NCBI GenBank assembly: GCA_001179505.1
Contig: CDMY01000483.1
Coordinates: 1-64,000, forward strand
Reading direction: 5' to 3'
DNA from: Vitrella brassicaformis CCMP3155
Taxonomy: Eukaryota; Protista; Chromerida
Length of the DNA stretch: 64,000 nucleotides
In this document: one piece after another, positions 1 to 11,676 of the stretch
Position numbering within the stretch: the first letter of the stretch is position 1
How the letters are laid out: every line of letters begins with the position of its first letter
Position numbers and translations under genes: made by a program
The notes under the pieces: model-generated
Told to the model about the DNA's origin: nothing
Database searches by the model: none
What the model saw: the letters and a program-made list of their open reading frames with translations, nothing else

Positions 1-800
1 TTGGCGTGTCTCTTATGGCGGGAGCATCGTGACCGGCAGGGCAAGGGCCATCGCAACACCGTGAGGATCGTGGTACGGACATTAACAAGACGACGACAAT
101 GCGTGGTGGGATATCATGACACATCCATCGCTGTGTTGTGTGTGCAGGGATGGGAGTTCCGGAGCGGCTCTACATAACCTGCGCGGAGATAGCAGAAGCT
201 GAGAAGCGAAGAAGCTTGTCAGCTGTCCCCTGTCGCGAGCACAGTGAGCCCATTGTTGCATTGCGACCGCCGCAGCTGCCGCACACTCAAGAATGTCACC
301 ATGAGAACGGATGTTGCTTCGGGGGAGGTAAGGAGGGCACTGCGCTCAGAAAGAAAGGCACTGCAGAATGCCCGTCTGAGTCATCGAATGGTGTTGTCTC
401 CAGGGGGAGGAGGTTTTGTCAGAGGAGTCCGCCAGACTGCCAGAGGGGCTGCTACTCAGCCGCATGCAGCCCCCGTGTGCAGCAGCTCTGCGTAAGAGAC
501 ACGGCATCAACACGACGGCCCTCTTTTCAACATGCAGTACTTACGCAGTGTGTGGCCGTGTTAACTGTGTGTGCAGGATGCCCTGTGCACCAAGCAGTGC
601 CACCGCATGTTCGAGCTGCAGCAGGAATGGACCTCCACCAAAGCCAGCTCATGCACCGTGGGTCTGCGCAGCGCCGTGTCGGGGGAGAGGCTGCTGCTCA
701 AGATAATTCTCAACTACGGCCTCTGCGTCTCAGAGGTGAATGAGCCAGCACCCTGACTGACAACCACCACACTCCCTCCCTCCCTCCCTCCCTCCCTGGC
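1..800 (+). repeat. Copy 1 of a near-identical direct duplication (offset 1861 bp)
   Basis: 1-~800 matches 1862-~2654 base for base, except A627/G2488 (synonymous in the kinase-like frame) and the length of the terminal (CCCT)n tract. The 5' limit lies at or before the window start. Confidence 0.95.
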
Positions 801-1590
801 TGGCTGGCTGGCTGGCTGGCTGATGGGCGTGTGGGTGTGTGGCTGTCTGTGTATGGTTTGCAGGTGATTGACATGTTCGGGCTGCCCATGTGTGGCTACG
901 ACCTGGTCCGAGAGCACCGCCTTCGCCACGCCGCCATCCCAGCAGTGCTCGACATCGTCGTCCATCAGGGACTCAAGGGCGCACTCATCGAAAAGGCCAA
1001 CGGTGAGAACTCTACACAAAGATCCATCCGTCTAAGCTATGGGATCACATCACATCAAATGCTCTCTCTCTCTCTCTGCCTCTCTCTTCGCCTTTGAACA
1101 GTGACATTGAGCGACTGCGTCGATACTGTCGCCATGGCAGTGGCACACGCAAGGGAGGAGGGCGCAACAGAGGCCATGGCCGGAAGGATAGCGCTGCGGC
1201 TGATCGCGCGGCTCGTCCGCGGCGCCCTGGACCTGCTCGAATGGGCCCACGACCGACGGCTCGTGTTCGACGGCATCGCGGTGGGCGGGCCGGGGCAGAC
1301 AAGTGTTGCGTACAACCGTGTGTATGTATGCGTGTGTGTGTGTGAAGGCCGATGATATAGGCGTCGAGCTAGACGACGAAGAGATACGACCTCGCCCGCC
1401 TCCGCCAGGCGGCCGACAATACAGAACTCGTAAGCACTCAGAGATGTGGATACCTCCATGCCTTCTTCCTATACTGTGTGTGTGTGTGTGTGTGTGGCGT
1501 ACGTGACGTGCAGGAGGCCGTCACTCGCCGCGACCGGGCCGACCTGACCAACGTGTGCATCCAACTACTGCAGCTCATCCCCGGGGCGGT
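570..1590 (+). CDS. Multi-exon divergent protein-kinase-fold protein (probable pseudokinase); 5' end uncertain
   Basis: Spliced exons follow kinase subdomain order: TVGLRSAVSGERLLLKII (VAIK-like Lys), HRLRHAAIPAVLDIVVHQGLKGALIEKAN..LSDCV (HPNIV/hinge-like), LDLLEWAHDRRLVFDGI (LEYLH..IVHRDI-like), DIG (DFG position), ADLTNVCIQLLQLIPG (subdomain IX-like). Assigned by eye. Confidence 0.45.
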
Positions 1591-1861
1591 AAGTAAGACG
1601 CCATGCACTTGTTTGTACACTTGTTCTTGCCAGCATCGCTACCTCCCTACCTCCTTTGTTTGTTTGTTTGTTCGTTTGGCCGTGCCGATGGATGGATGGA
1701 TGGATGGATGGACCGAGACAGGCTTCGCGTCTTCCCCGTCTCCGGAATCTGGCTGCGAGGCGACTGCCACAGAAGAAATTCCTTGTTCCCTCTGCCATCA
1801 TGAGCCCACCGCGGCTCGTATGTGTGTGTGTCCATGCAGGATCGGTGTCTACATTTTATAC

Positions 1862-2654
1862 TTGGCGTGTCTCTTATGGCGGGAGCATCGTGACCGGCAG
1901 GGCAAGGGCCATCGCAACACCGTGAGGATCGTGGTACGGACATTAACAAGACGACGACAATGCGTGGTGGGATATCATGACACATCCATCGCTGTGTTGT
2001 GTGTGCAGGGATGGGAGTTCCGGAGCGGCTCTACATAACCTGCGCGGAGATAGCAGAAGCTGAGAAGCGAAGAAGCTTGTCAGCTGTCCCCTGTCGCGAG
2101 CACAGTGAGCCCATTGTTGCATTGCGACCGCCGCAGCTGCCGCACACTCAAGAATGTCACCATGAGAACGGATGTTGCTTCGGGGGAGGTAAGGAGGGCA
2201 CTGCGCTCAGAAAGAAAGGCACTGCAGAATGCCCGTCTGAGTCATCGAATGGTGTTGTCTCCAGGGGGAGGAGGTTTTGTCAGAGGAGTCCGCCAGACTG
2301 CCAGAGGGGCTGCTACTCAGCCGCATGCAGCCCCCGTGTGCAGCAGCTCTGCGTAAGAGACACGGCATCAACACGACGGCCCTCTTTTCAACATGCAGTA
2401 CTTACGCAGTGTGTGGCCGTGTTAACTGTGTGTGCAGGATGCCCTGTGCACCAAGCAGTGCCACCGCATGTTCGAGCTGCAGCAGGAGTGGACCTCCACC
2501 AAAGCCAGCTCATGCACCGTGGGTCTGCGCAGCGCCGTGTCGGGGGAGAGGCTGCTGCTCAAGATAATTCTCAACTACGGCCTCTGCGTCTCAGAGGTGA
2601 ATGAGCCAGCACCCTGACTGACAACCACCACACTCCCTCCCTCCCTCCCTGGCT
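1862..2654 (+). repeat. Copy 2 of the direct duplication
   Basis: Identity with 1-800 ends inside the (CCCT)n/GGCT microsatellite at ~2650. Confidence 0.95.
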
Positions 2655-2727
2655 TCAACCACACAGTGTGGCGACTGTGTGGTTGATTCGGTGTGTTCAT
2701 TGTGTGTCGTCTGTGTGGATGCAGTTC

Positions 2728-3170
2728 AGGAACAGGCGCGCCTCGCCCAGCTCCGCAGCTCCATACCCGTATGAGGCGACGTCGGCACACACTCACACAC
2801 AGACAGAGACAGAAAGGGAGAGGGATGGACAGGGAGTGGACTGAGTGGAATGCATCCCTGATCATGGTCACTGGGCACAGACTTCCCACTCATGTGTGAA
2901 TGTGTGAATGGGCGTCGTCTTTCTTGCCTGATTCAGGCGCTCGAGAGCTTCCTCACCATGCACGGCCTCGCCCACCTGATGTGGGCTCTGAAGTGCAACA
3001 ACATCACATCTCTCGCCGTGGGCAAACTATCATACTATCATAATATTCTTACATTACCTCTCTTTGTGTGTGTGTGTGTGTGTGAGCGATGTGTGCAGGA
3101 GCTGAAAACGGTCACCGGCGACAAGGAGGCCATGAAGAACCTGAGTCACATGAACAGTAGGCCTGCTGAA
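2728..3170 (+). CDS. Exons downstream of duplicate copy 2, possibly SAM-like
   Basis: GT-AG-bounded exons EQARLAQLRSSIP, ALESFLTMHGLAHLMWALKCNNITSLA and ELKTVTGDKEAMKNLSHMN loosely resemble the SAM pattern FL...GL..Y...F..N.I..L. Confidence 0.3.
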
Positions 3171-3555
3171 TGAATGAATGGATGGATGGATGGATGAATG
3201 TCCAGAGAGAGAGAGAGAGGCGCTTGTGTGTGTCTGTGTGGCTGATGCAGGCATCGGGCCGGACTGTGCGACGTGTGCCGTCCCTGCAGCCACCCACTCG
3301 AGGAGGAGGTGCCGTGAAGGGCAAGGTAGGCAGGTGCTCATTCTGCATACGCTACCTCTGCACTCATGCATTGTCCCCATGTCTCTTTATTGTCAGTGAG
3401 TTTATCGCTGTCTGCATTTCATATTTCCTGTGTCTCTTCATCTGGCGTTCCGTCGGCTTTTTCTGACCAACGAACTGCCGAGTCGCCCATCGCCTTCCAA
3501 GTCGGCTGTGGAGCAGGCCGACGGCGGCGCGTCAGATACAGACGACGACTCTTAG

Positions 3556-4990
3556 ATGATATCGTTCGTCTCTTCGGCGTCAGCGGCAGCAATGCGGCAG
3601 GTAGACGCATTCATGCACCAGAAGCACTCTCACTCATTTTGTTTGTCGGATTCCTTGGAACACTCAGGCCCGGACGTCCAACGACCATCAACGTTACAGC
3701 GGCGCATCTCATTAGTTTGCCCGCCCGACTTCTTCGCCCGTCCCCTCCCCTCCCCTCCCCTCCCCTCCCCTCCCATCGAAGACGGCCCTGCGACGAGCCG
3801 GCAGACAATGCATCTGATCGAGACCTGTACTTCGTCATGCAGACCTGCAGAGACGAGGACATAAGTGGCACTCAAGACCATCAAGTGCAGGTGAGGGACT
3901 GAGAGGAGTGTACACAGTCAGCGAATTGGTGCTCTCTTTCCATCTGTGTGTGTGTGACACAGGGCCTCATCTTGTAGACACGAATTCACTTGGACGCGAA
4001 TTGCAAATGCCGACGGGCCAGCGCCAGGTGTCGCAATTTAATGGGATCCGGTTCTCTGTCTGTGTGCGTTCACAGCAACGCCCTTGGTGAAGTGGAAGGA
4101 GATGACGAGAGCAGCAGCCATCGACACAGACAAAGACGGACGAGACAGCTTCAAGACTTCCCAACTGCGAGCCAACGATGGGGGCTTGTGTGGGGTCATG
4201 CATTGTGGTGTGCTGTTGTTGTGGTGGCAGGTCCTTGTGTTGTTAGTGTTTATCGCACCCCTTGTCCTGTCGCCATGCCGGGCAGCGCCGAACTGCTGCT
4301 GGAGCACCTCAGGCAGCAGTGTGGCCCAGTCGGCATCTCCTGGCAGGACAGGTCACATCAAAACAGGCGGAGCCCAAGGTCGATAGCCATGATTTGACGA
4401 ATTCCCAGTCCCCGCCCCTCGCCAGCAAGGAACGAGCCAGACACATCTCACAAGTACGGATGCACACACACCACACACACCACAGACCCGCATGCTCACA
4501 TGACGGTTCGTTCTTTTGTATGCGTCACACCGAGGTTGACCAGGGGAGTACAGTAGCAAGGCCTGAGGGGAATCTAATGAGACTTCAGGTTCCCACCAAG
4601 CACTTACACACACATACATACATATACAGACGCGTCCTCTGTGTATGTTCTCAGTCCGACAGCTGCATTTCCCATATGGAGGAGGAACTTATGGAGCAGC
4701 GAAGGAGGAAAGAGGAGGAAATCAACAAGAGGATATTCGAAGCACAACAAGAATCTCAGCGACATTTATGTGCATATTCTTGGTGGGCTCCGGCAGGGGT
4801 CGTGCCCGCGGGGGACACATGGGGCGAGATGCTCGACGCGCTCCGCAAGGCCATCGACAACCGCAACAAGCTGGCGGAGAGCCTCAGGATCCCCAGCCGA
4901 GTGGATGCGGCGGCCCCGACAAGAGAGGGAGAGCGGAGAGAAGGGCGACACCGCCGCAGTTGCCAGAGCGGCCGACGAAAGAGCCGGTGA
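3556..4990 (+). CDS. Hypothetical multi-exon protein with a short coiled-coil
   Basis: Exon-like segments between microsatellite introns, ending in MEEELMEQRRRKEEEINKRIFEAQQE...GRRKSR* (stop 4990). Confidence 0.45.
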
Positions 4991-5277
4991 GCTAAAGCAC
5001 GTGATGTGGTGAGGGTATTCCATTCATGTGTCTGTGCTGTGGTGATATGTCTCTGGCTTTTCAACCAGCAGACGAGCCCGTCAAGGTCACTGAGGAGAGA
5101 TGCGCGGGGGCATCTGACTGTCTCTCTGTGGCGTGTGTGTTCAGGTAGACGCCGACCCCCGGTTCCAACGAGGACAGAAGAATGTATAGTGAATGCACAG
5201 CACAGGATAACACAACACGACACAGACACACACCCCATCTCTCTCACGGGTATGCTTTGTGTGGGCTGCGCCAACAG

Positions 5278-6532
5278 GAGTTTCACTATTTGGGCCACTA
5301 ATCGCATGAAGATCGACCTCGATTTCTACAGACGCAGCACAGAAGAGCTTGAGACGAAAGTCGCCAGATTAGATCTGGACAAGGTACGCATGGATGGGGA
5401 CGGCCACACTAATAAATTTATCTTACCGCTCTGCAGGAAAAACTGCAAGATGACATAAGACGACAAGAGGTCCGACACCACAAAGATATCCACGAACTCA
5501 AGGTAGTTGAAATTCAGGCACATGAGGACGTTCCAGCTACTGCTGTGCGATATCCTGATGCATCCACCTCACAGGACGGCTGTCTTTGAAGGACATCGAT
5601 GGAGGCAACCGAAAAAGAAAACCCCCATACGAAAGGTAAGTTGGAGACGGAGGAGAAGAGCGGCAGGCATGTGGAGCGTGACTTTCTCTGTGTCAGACCT
5701 GCACGAGGCCATGGTCGAAGTCGACCTGCGCGACGAATTCCACCTTGATGAGGAGGTCGTCAAGGAGGAGAAGAACGAGGAAGGGGAGACGGCCGACGAG
5801 AGAGAGGAGGAGACGGCGAGCGAGGAGGAGGAGCACCAGCCGGCGGCAACAGAGGGCTGCCGAACGCCGCCCGCACCTCTGGTGACCCGGCGCAGCACCT
5901 CCAGCGGCGCCCTGGTGCTCCAGCCGGAGGAGGACCCCGAGGAGAGGCTGCTGGCGGAGATGCTCGAGGTGACTAGGAGAGTCGGCCAGTTCATGCAGGA
6001 GGTGAGCTGCACCGTCAAGGCCACCGTCATGTTGAAAGCTTTTGACTTTCGATGGTGTCCTGGTGGCTTCTCAGTTTGCGGCCAAGGGCAAGACGTTCCG
6101 GGAGCGCCTGCAGAGGTTGCGCCACAACCACCTGAACCAGGCGACTGGGAGCCGCCTCAGGGTGGCTTCTCGGGACAAGAAGCCCTCTCTGCCGCCGGTG
6201 CCCGAGAAGACGCCCGGTATGCTAAGAGGGTGTGTGCAGGCAGCGTTGCGTCTTGCCATGAGTCATTCACTGTCTGCTTATGTGTGTCTCTCTCAGCGAA
6301 GAAGGAGACACTGTCCAAGCAGAAGATGCTGGACGGCAAGACCCCGCTCCCAGGACGGCGCCCACCCTTCCTCGTCGGCATCCCCCGCCGCCCCATTGAC
6401 GGAACATTCGGACCACCCCCGACAGTCACGCGGCCCAAGCCGCCCAAGCGGCCCGAGAAGAGATCAAGTACGTCCGATTACGACATCTGCAGATACAAAT
6501 CTCTTCACAAACGGTTTCTGCATGTCTGGTGA
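5278..6532 (+). CDS. Hypothetical acidic/coiled-coil protein; start uncertain
   Basis: Exons MKIDLDFYRRSTEELETKVARLDLDK, an E-rich exon at 5697-6001, and KKETLSKQKMLDGK...KSLHKRFLHV with flanking GT/AG. Confidence 0.5.
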
Positions 6533-7073
6533 TCAGAGAAAGCCCTTGACAAGGAACAACCCAAGACGGGCCACGTCTGATGCTGTGGAGGAGGGTTGAG
6601 TGGGGAGGGAGGGTGGGGGGGCTGTGTTGTTTCTGTCTGTGGTGGATTTCAGCCGTCCAGGGGGCGTGGCGTGTCTATGTGATGCGGTTCGAGGGTGTGA
6701 GGGTGGATGGATGGACGCGGAAGGCGGAGGGTCGCCGCATGGAGGGAGTGGCTGTAGTGTGGAGGAGGGGTGGGTGGGTGGGTGGCTTATGGGTTGTGCG
6801 GAGAGGGCGTGGATGCTGTGTGGTGTGCTGGTGTGGGGCCGTCTAGGGGGCGCGCCGCGCACCAGCACCGGTGCGGTGCGCGAACTCGCCTGATCGTTGT
6901 CTACATTTCATATCTTGCTGGGGTTTGACATCATCGCTTTCGCTTTCTCGGGGTCATGACATGGATGTGGACACTTGAAATGTCCGTGTCGCTACGTAGC
7001 GCGCTCGACAGAAAAACATTCATCTCACCCCAATGGTGTGTGAGGGTGCGCGTGTGCGGGCGATGATGATCAT

Positions 7074-9943
7074 CTATCGCACGATCTCCCCCTCCTGCTT
7101 CATGTGCTCCACCTCCCCGTTGCACTGTGGGCACCGCAGCGGCTCGCCCGTCTGCTTTGCCCGAGCACACCAGCCCTCCTTGCATGGGTTGCACAGGCAG
7201 ATGTGCAGACAGGGGAAGAACCGCCACACGGCATAGGTATCGTCACCACACACCAGACACTTGGGCTGGCTGAGGTGGCGGGCGTGCTTGGTGGCGGCGG
7301 CGAAGATCTGAGCTAGGTTGGTCTGCTGCTGCGTCGCCATGGCCATGAAGGCGTCCAGCTCCTCGGTGCTCTGAGTCTCCAGCAACGCATCCACCGTCAG
7401 ACTGACACGACAGACACCACGATTACAACACATGCACAGTGGGTGGGTGTGTGGGGCACTCGTTGCTGCTCACTTGGGTCGTTTCTTGAGCTCGTTCCTG
7501 AGTGCATCGATTTGCGTGACCTGTGCGGCGTAGCTGTCGCGCTCATCCTGACGACGCTGACACTCGTTTGCCAACCTGCACACACATGGCACGGAGGACA
7601 GAGGGATGCTGTGGCGGGTGACCGATTCGAGTGTCCCTCTCATCCCTTTCCACTCACCGGTCGATCTTGGCCTGCATTTGCTCTACTTGCATGCGATGGA
7701 CAGCCGCCTGCTGCTCCAGCTGGGCAGACACACTGCACACACCGCATCATAACATAATGAACACCGAGACATCTGTGAAAGTGGGTGGATNNNNNNNNNN
7801 NNNNNNNNNNNNNNNNNNNNNNNNNNNNNNNNNNNNNNNNNNNNNNNNNNNNNNNNNNNNNNNNNNNNNNNNNNNNNNNNNNNNNNNNNNNNNNNNNNNN
7901 NNNNNNNNNNNNNNNNNNNNNNNNNNNNNNNNNNNNNNNNNNNNNNNNNNNNNNNNNNNNNNNNNNNNNNNNNNNNNNNNNNNNNNNNNNNNNNNNNNNN
8001 NNNNNNNNNNNNNNNNNNNNNNNNNNNNNNNNNNNNNNNNNNNNNNNNNNNNNNNNNNNNNNNNNNNNNNNNNNNNNNNNNNNNNNNNNNTCCTGCTCGC
8101 GTATGTGCTGGCCGTGCACCGCCTCGAGAGATCGCAACCTGACAGTGGATGAAGAGGCAGACACAGATGAATGCATAGCCATCACAGATCTGCCTTACTT
8201 GTCCTCCTGTGCGGCGAGTGCATCCCTGAGGGCCTCCTCAGCCACACTGGCGCGCTTCTCGCACTCCACCTCGGCCTCACGCAACCTGAATGTAATGAAC
8301 CCTCAGGCAGGCAAGAGAGAAATGGACAGCCAGCCATCCCATGCGCATTGCCCTGTGTGCTGCTCACCGCTTCTCCGCATCAAACGCCCTTTGCTCAGCA
8401 GCAGTAGCCAGCTGCCCCAACCTGCCCAAGAAGGCACAACACAACACAACACAACACAACACAGACACTTGTGTGTCAGCGGACCATTGCATGTATTGTG
8501 CAGCCGTACGTGTCGTTGTGTGCCCGGAGCTCGCCAACAACGCTGCAGACACGAAGAAGGAAGAACACAGACATGCAACAGGTGTTAGCGGATCCATCCA
8601 TCCATCCATCCACACGCACCTGTTGAATACGCTGAGTGGTACGGTGTCCGGCGGGGGCTGCATGGCTGTCCCACCGTCGCTATGGCCGGCTCGTAGCGTC
8701 TCGTCATCGGTCGACAGCGATGGGCTTGGAAGCAGACCAGCCTGGGCTGTCGAGCGCACCTCGTCGGCGTCACACACACCAGCTGGCGGAGGAGCGGACG
8801 ACGAACAGGACGCCACACCGCCGGCTCCCTCGCTTCTGTGGTGCTCGTGGGTCGTCACCTGGACCGCCTTGGGAGGTGAGCGGTGCTCGTGCTGGTGAGT
8901 CGATGAGGGCGGCTTGACTGCACACGGGTCCTTGGTCAGGGGGCTGGCCTTCGTGCGCTTGGCAGGTGGTTTGTTGGGGTCCTCGCGGCGGGTGGTAGTG
9001 GTGGCGTTGGAGCTGAGGGCGGCGAAGGGGTTGTTGAGCAGACAGCTCTCCTCAGGAAGGTCATTATCGTCAGCAGCGGGCTCGGCATCGCTGGCCTCAG
9101 CCCCCTCCTGCCCCACCCCATCGCCACCCTCACGCCCACCGCTCCTGCCTTGGGTCTTGCCCTTGCTCTTGTTCCTGTGTTTCTTCTGGGTCCCTCCCTT
9201 GGCCTTGGCCGCCGCCTGTCGCATCTTCTTCGCCTTCTCCATGGCATCCTCTGCGATGAGTTGCCGCGCCATCGCCGCGGCCTCCTTGGTCCTCCTCCGC
9301 AGCGTCGCCGGGTCATCCTCTTGCTCCTGATGCTGCTGTTGGTGCTGGGTGGTGGGGGCCGAGCGCTTTTGGTGGCAGCTCTTGTTCTTGCTCGCTGCGG
9401 CAGAGCGGCCACTGGCAGACACCGATGGCCGGGACTCTGCTGGCAGGGAGAAATTGGCTCGAATCGAAGCCAGGATCGTGCTGGACCCGATGGCGAGCAC
9501 AGAAAGGATCAGGTCGCCAGATTTGAGGTTGCTGTCCTCGACGGTGTCGGCATCCTTGAGCTGCTCGTCGTCCTTGAAGAAAAGCATGTGCCCACGAGGG
9601 AGTAGCTTGGTGCCCGTCTCCTTCTGCAGCTTGCTCTTGACCGCCGCTATGGTGTCAGTGGCCGCGACCTCCAAAGTGTGGCGCTTCTCTGAACAGACAA
9701 CGGGCAGCGAGCACAAGGGCAAGCACACAAGCCACCTCACGAATGCATGCAATGCAGCCCTTTTGTCTCTTCTGGGCACTGCGGACCGGCGAAGTTGATG
9801 CGGCTGTTCACGCCTAATAAGCTGAAGTTGAGCGTGATGCGCGGCATCTTAGCCACCACGTCGTCCCCACATGCCTTGAAGTGCTCACTGGCGGCTGACG
9901 GTCCACTGGATCCGGCTGGGGCGCTGCGAGGACCAGACATCAT
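7074..9943 (-). CDS. N-terminal ubiquitin-like domain + coiled-coil + C-terminal C3HC4 RING protein (putative E3 ligase); spans gap 7791-8090
   Basis: UBL at ~9500-9700: HTLEVAATDTIAAVKSKLQKETG...LFFKDDEQLKDADTVEDSNLKSGDLI. Coiled-coil exons RLREAEVECEKRASVAEEALRD, LEQQAAVHRMQVEQMQAKIDR, RLANECQRRQDERD. RING: CLVC..FFPCLHICLCNPC..RCPQC, stop at 7074. Confidence 0.8.
7791..8090. other. Assembly gap (300 N)
   Basis: Run of n. Confidence 1.
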
Positions 9944-10075
9944 GTTTGGTTGTGTCCTAGCCCCATTCCTCCCTCACTCCCTGTTTGTCTGTCTGTCTGT
10001 CTATCTGTCTACCTGTGTGTGTTGCCTGGCGCTGCAGTGGCCTTTTTGCTGCTGCTGCTGCTGCTGCTGCTTGCT

Positions 10076-11548
10076 CTACGTATGCACACATATGGAAGCA
10101 TGAGGATATAGGTGTGGTGTGTACCTGGCTGACGGGGATGGGAACAGAGCTTGCAGGGGCGGTCGGCCGTCGTCACACTCGGAGATCCGGCTATCGGCAT
10201 CAAACAGCAGCACACACTCGTGCGGGTAGTCTGGTGGAGCCGGACCCAAAAGACTGCCACGCGATCCGATCCATGCCCCCGTGCCAGGCCAGGATATGGC
10301 ATCGATATGTATGTTTGTAAGTGTGCGGTTCGCAAACGCGAACTCCGCCCTCAGCGCCTTGCCTCCTTCCATCCGATACAGCTGCACCACACCACACACG
10401 TGACTGGTGAATGGCGTGGCGTGGCGTGGCTGTGCTGACCTTGCCCGGATGTCCTGCAAAGGTATTCGCCACAACTGCCGCGATTCGCTGATCCGTATCT
10501 CGGTCTTCGATAATCCAGGTAGAATATTCATGACTCTGATACAGACTGGGGATCAATGAATGCACTGTGTGAGAGATCAGCGGCGCCTCCCTACTTACTC
10601 CGCGACGACTCTCGCCATGATGGTCACGTCATCCGCACCGGGAATTATGTCGCAAATGCGAACCAGACAGCTGCACACACACCACAAAGAAACACACACA
10701 CACACACACATGCACCATGTTGCTGGGCGTGTGTTGGGCTGCCCTGCTTCTTTCTTCTAGCATGCAGCTCACCCATCATGTTGGTCATATGAGGATCTCC
10801 CGCCCGGGCCTCCATCAGGCGCTCCACCTGTCCGGCTGTCCATGTCGGCGACTGATGGCGTTTCAACAGATCTCCGACCAGAGGCAGATCTGCGCGATTC
10901 GCAGAATCCGCAACCGATGAACGGAAGAGAGAACTTGAAGAGGAAGGCCTTCGAAAGGAAGGTTTCTTCTTTCTTTTCCGTTTCTCCTTTTCCTTCGTTT
11001 CTATTCTCTTCGTTCGGCTACGACCGAAGTCGCCTCATCACACACATATCTGCAGGCAGGCAGGCAGACACACCGACACAGCACGGAATGAATGAACGAG
11101 TGGAATGGATGGCGTGTGCGGACCTAGCAGCGTCTTGTGTAAGTACGCTATGATCTTCCTGTCTGGCTTATGCTCATCTCCATGTATGTGTTAGTACCTG
11201 TTTGCTTGCGTGTGTCGATGCATTGCATGGCTGGTGTGCTGCAGTGTGGCAAAACGGGGGCCTGCATACCATCAGCACACACACACAGGTCGATTGCCTC
11301 TCCGCCTCTCCTTGTGAGTGATGTGTCGAGGTCTCTCCGCACCTGTGGATGGTGGTGTGACGCCCTTGACGCCCTTGCCGCCCTTGCCGCCCTTGTGGTG
11401 ATGCCAGCTCGCAGATCGACATCGCCGCATTACCTCACTTGCCTGGAGGGTTTCCCGCCCCACTCCCCTTTCCCGAGGCGTGTCCCCTTGTGCAGTCGAA
11501 GCCGTCCGGGATCTGCCTTGGGATCTGCGAGCTTGGGTGGTGACTCAT
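10076..11548 (-). CDS. Hypothetical multi-exon protein(s), divergent from the sirtuin
   Basis: ATG 11548 (MSHHPSSQIPRQIPDGFDCTRGH), then exon-like segments WHHHKGGKGGKGVKG, CLVRICDIIPGADDVTIMARVVA, SLYQSHEYSTWIIEDRDTDQRIAAVVANTF, LYRMEGGKALRAEFAFANR. May be one or two genes. Confidence 0.4.
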
Positions 11549-11579
11549 TCGAAACGGTCAGTGCGAGCTCGAGCGCGCG

Positions 11580-11597
11580 ACTCCGAGATCTCGGAGT
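11580..11597. promoter_or_regulatory. Perfect 18-bp palindrome in the divergent intergenic spacer
   Basis: ACTCCGAGATCTCGGAGT lies between ATG 11548 (-) and ATG 11677 (+). The palindrome is observed; its function is inferred. Confidence 0.4.
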
Positions 11598-11676
11598 GTG
11601 TCTTCCCTCTGTGTTTGTTTGACGGCGTGCAGACCTCAGCCTGTTTGCCTGCAGCAGTTGCGCGATATCTGCGTCG

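Noticed and set aside
1868-1879. TGTCTCTTAT as a Nextera adapter remnant
   Set aside because: Only a 10-nt match; the ACACATCT continuation is absent.
11360-11396. 9-bp tandem repeat CGCCCTTG(A/C) as a regulatory array
   Set aside because: Explained as coding KGGKGGKGVKGV on the minus strand.
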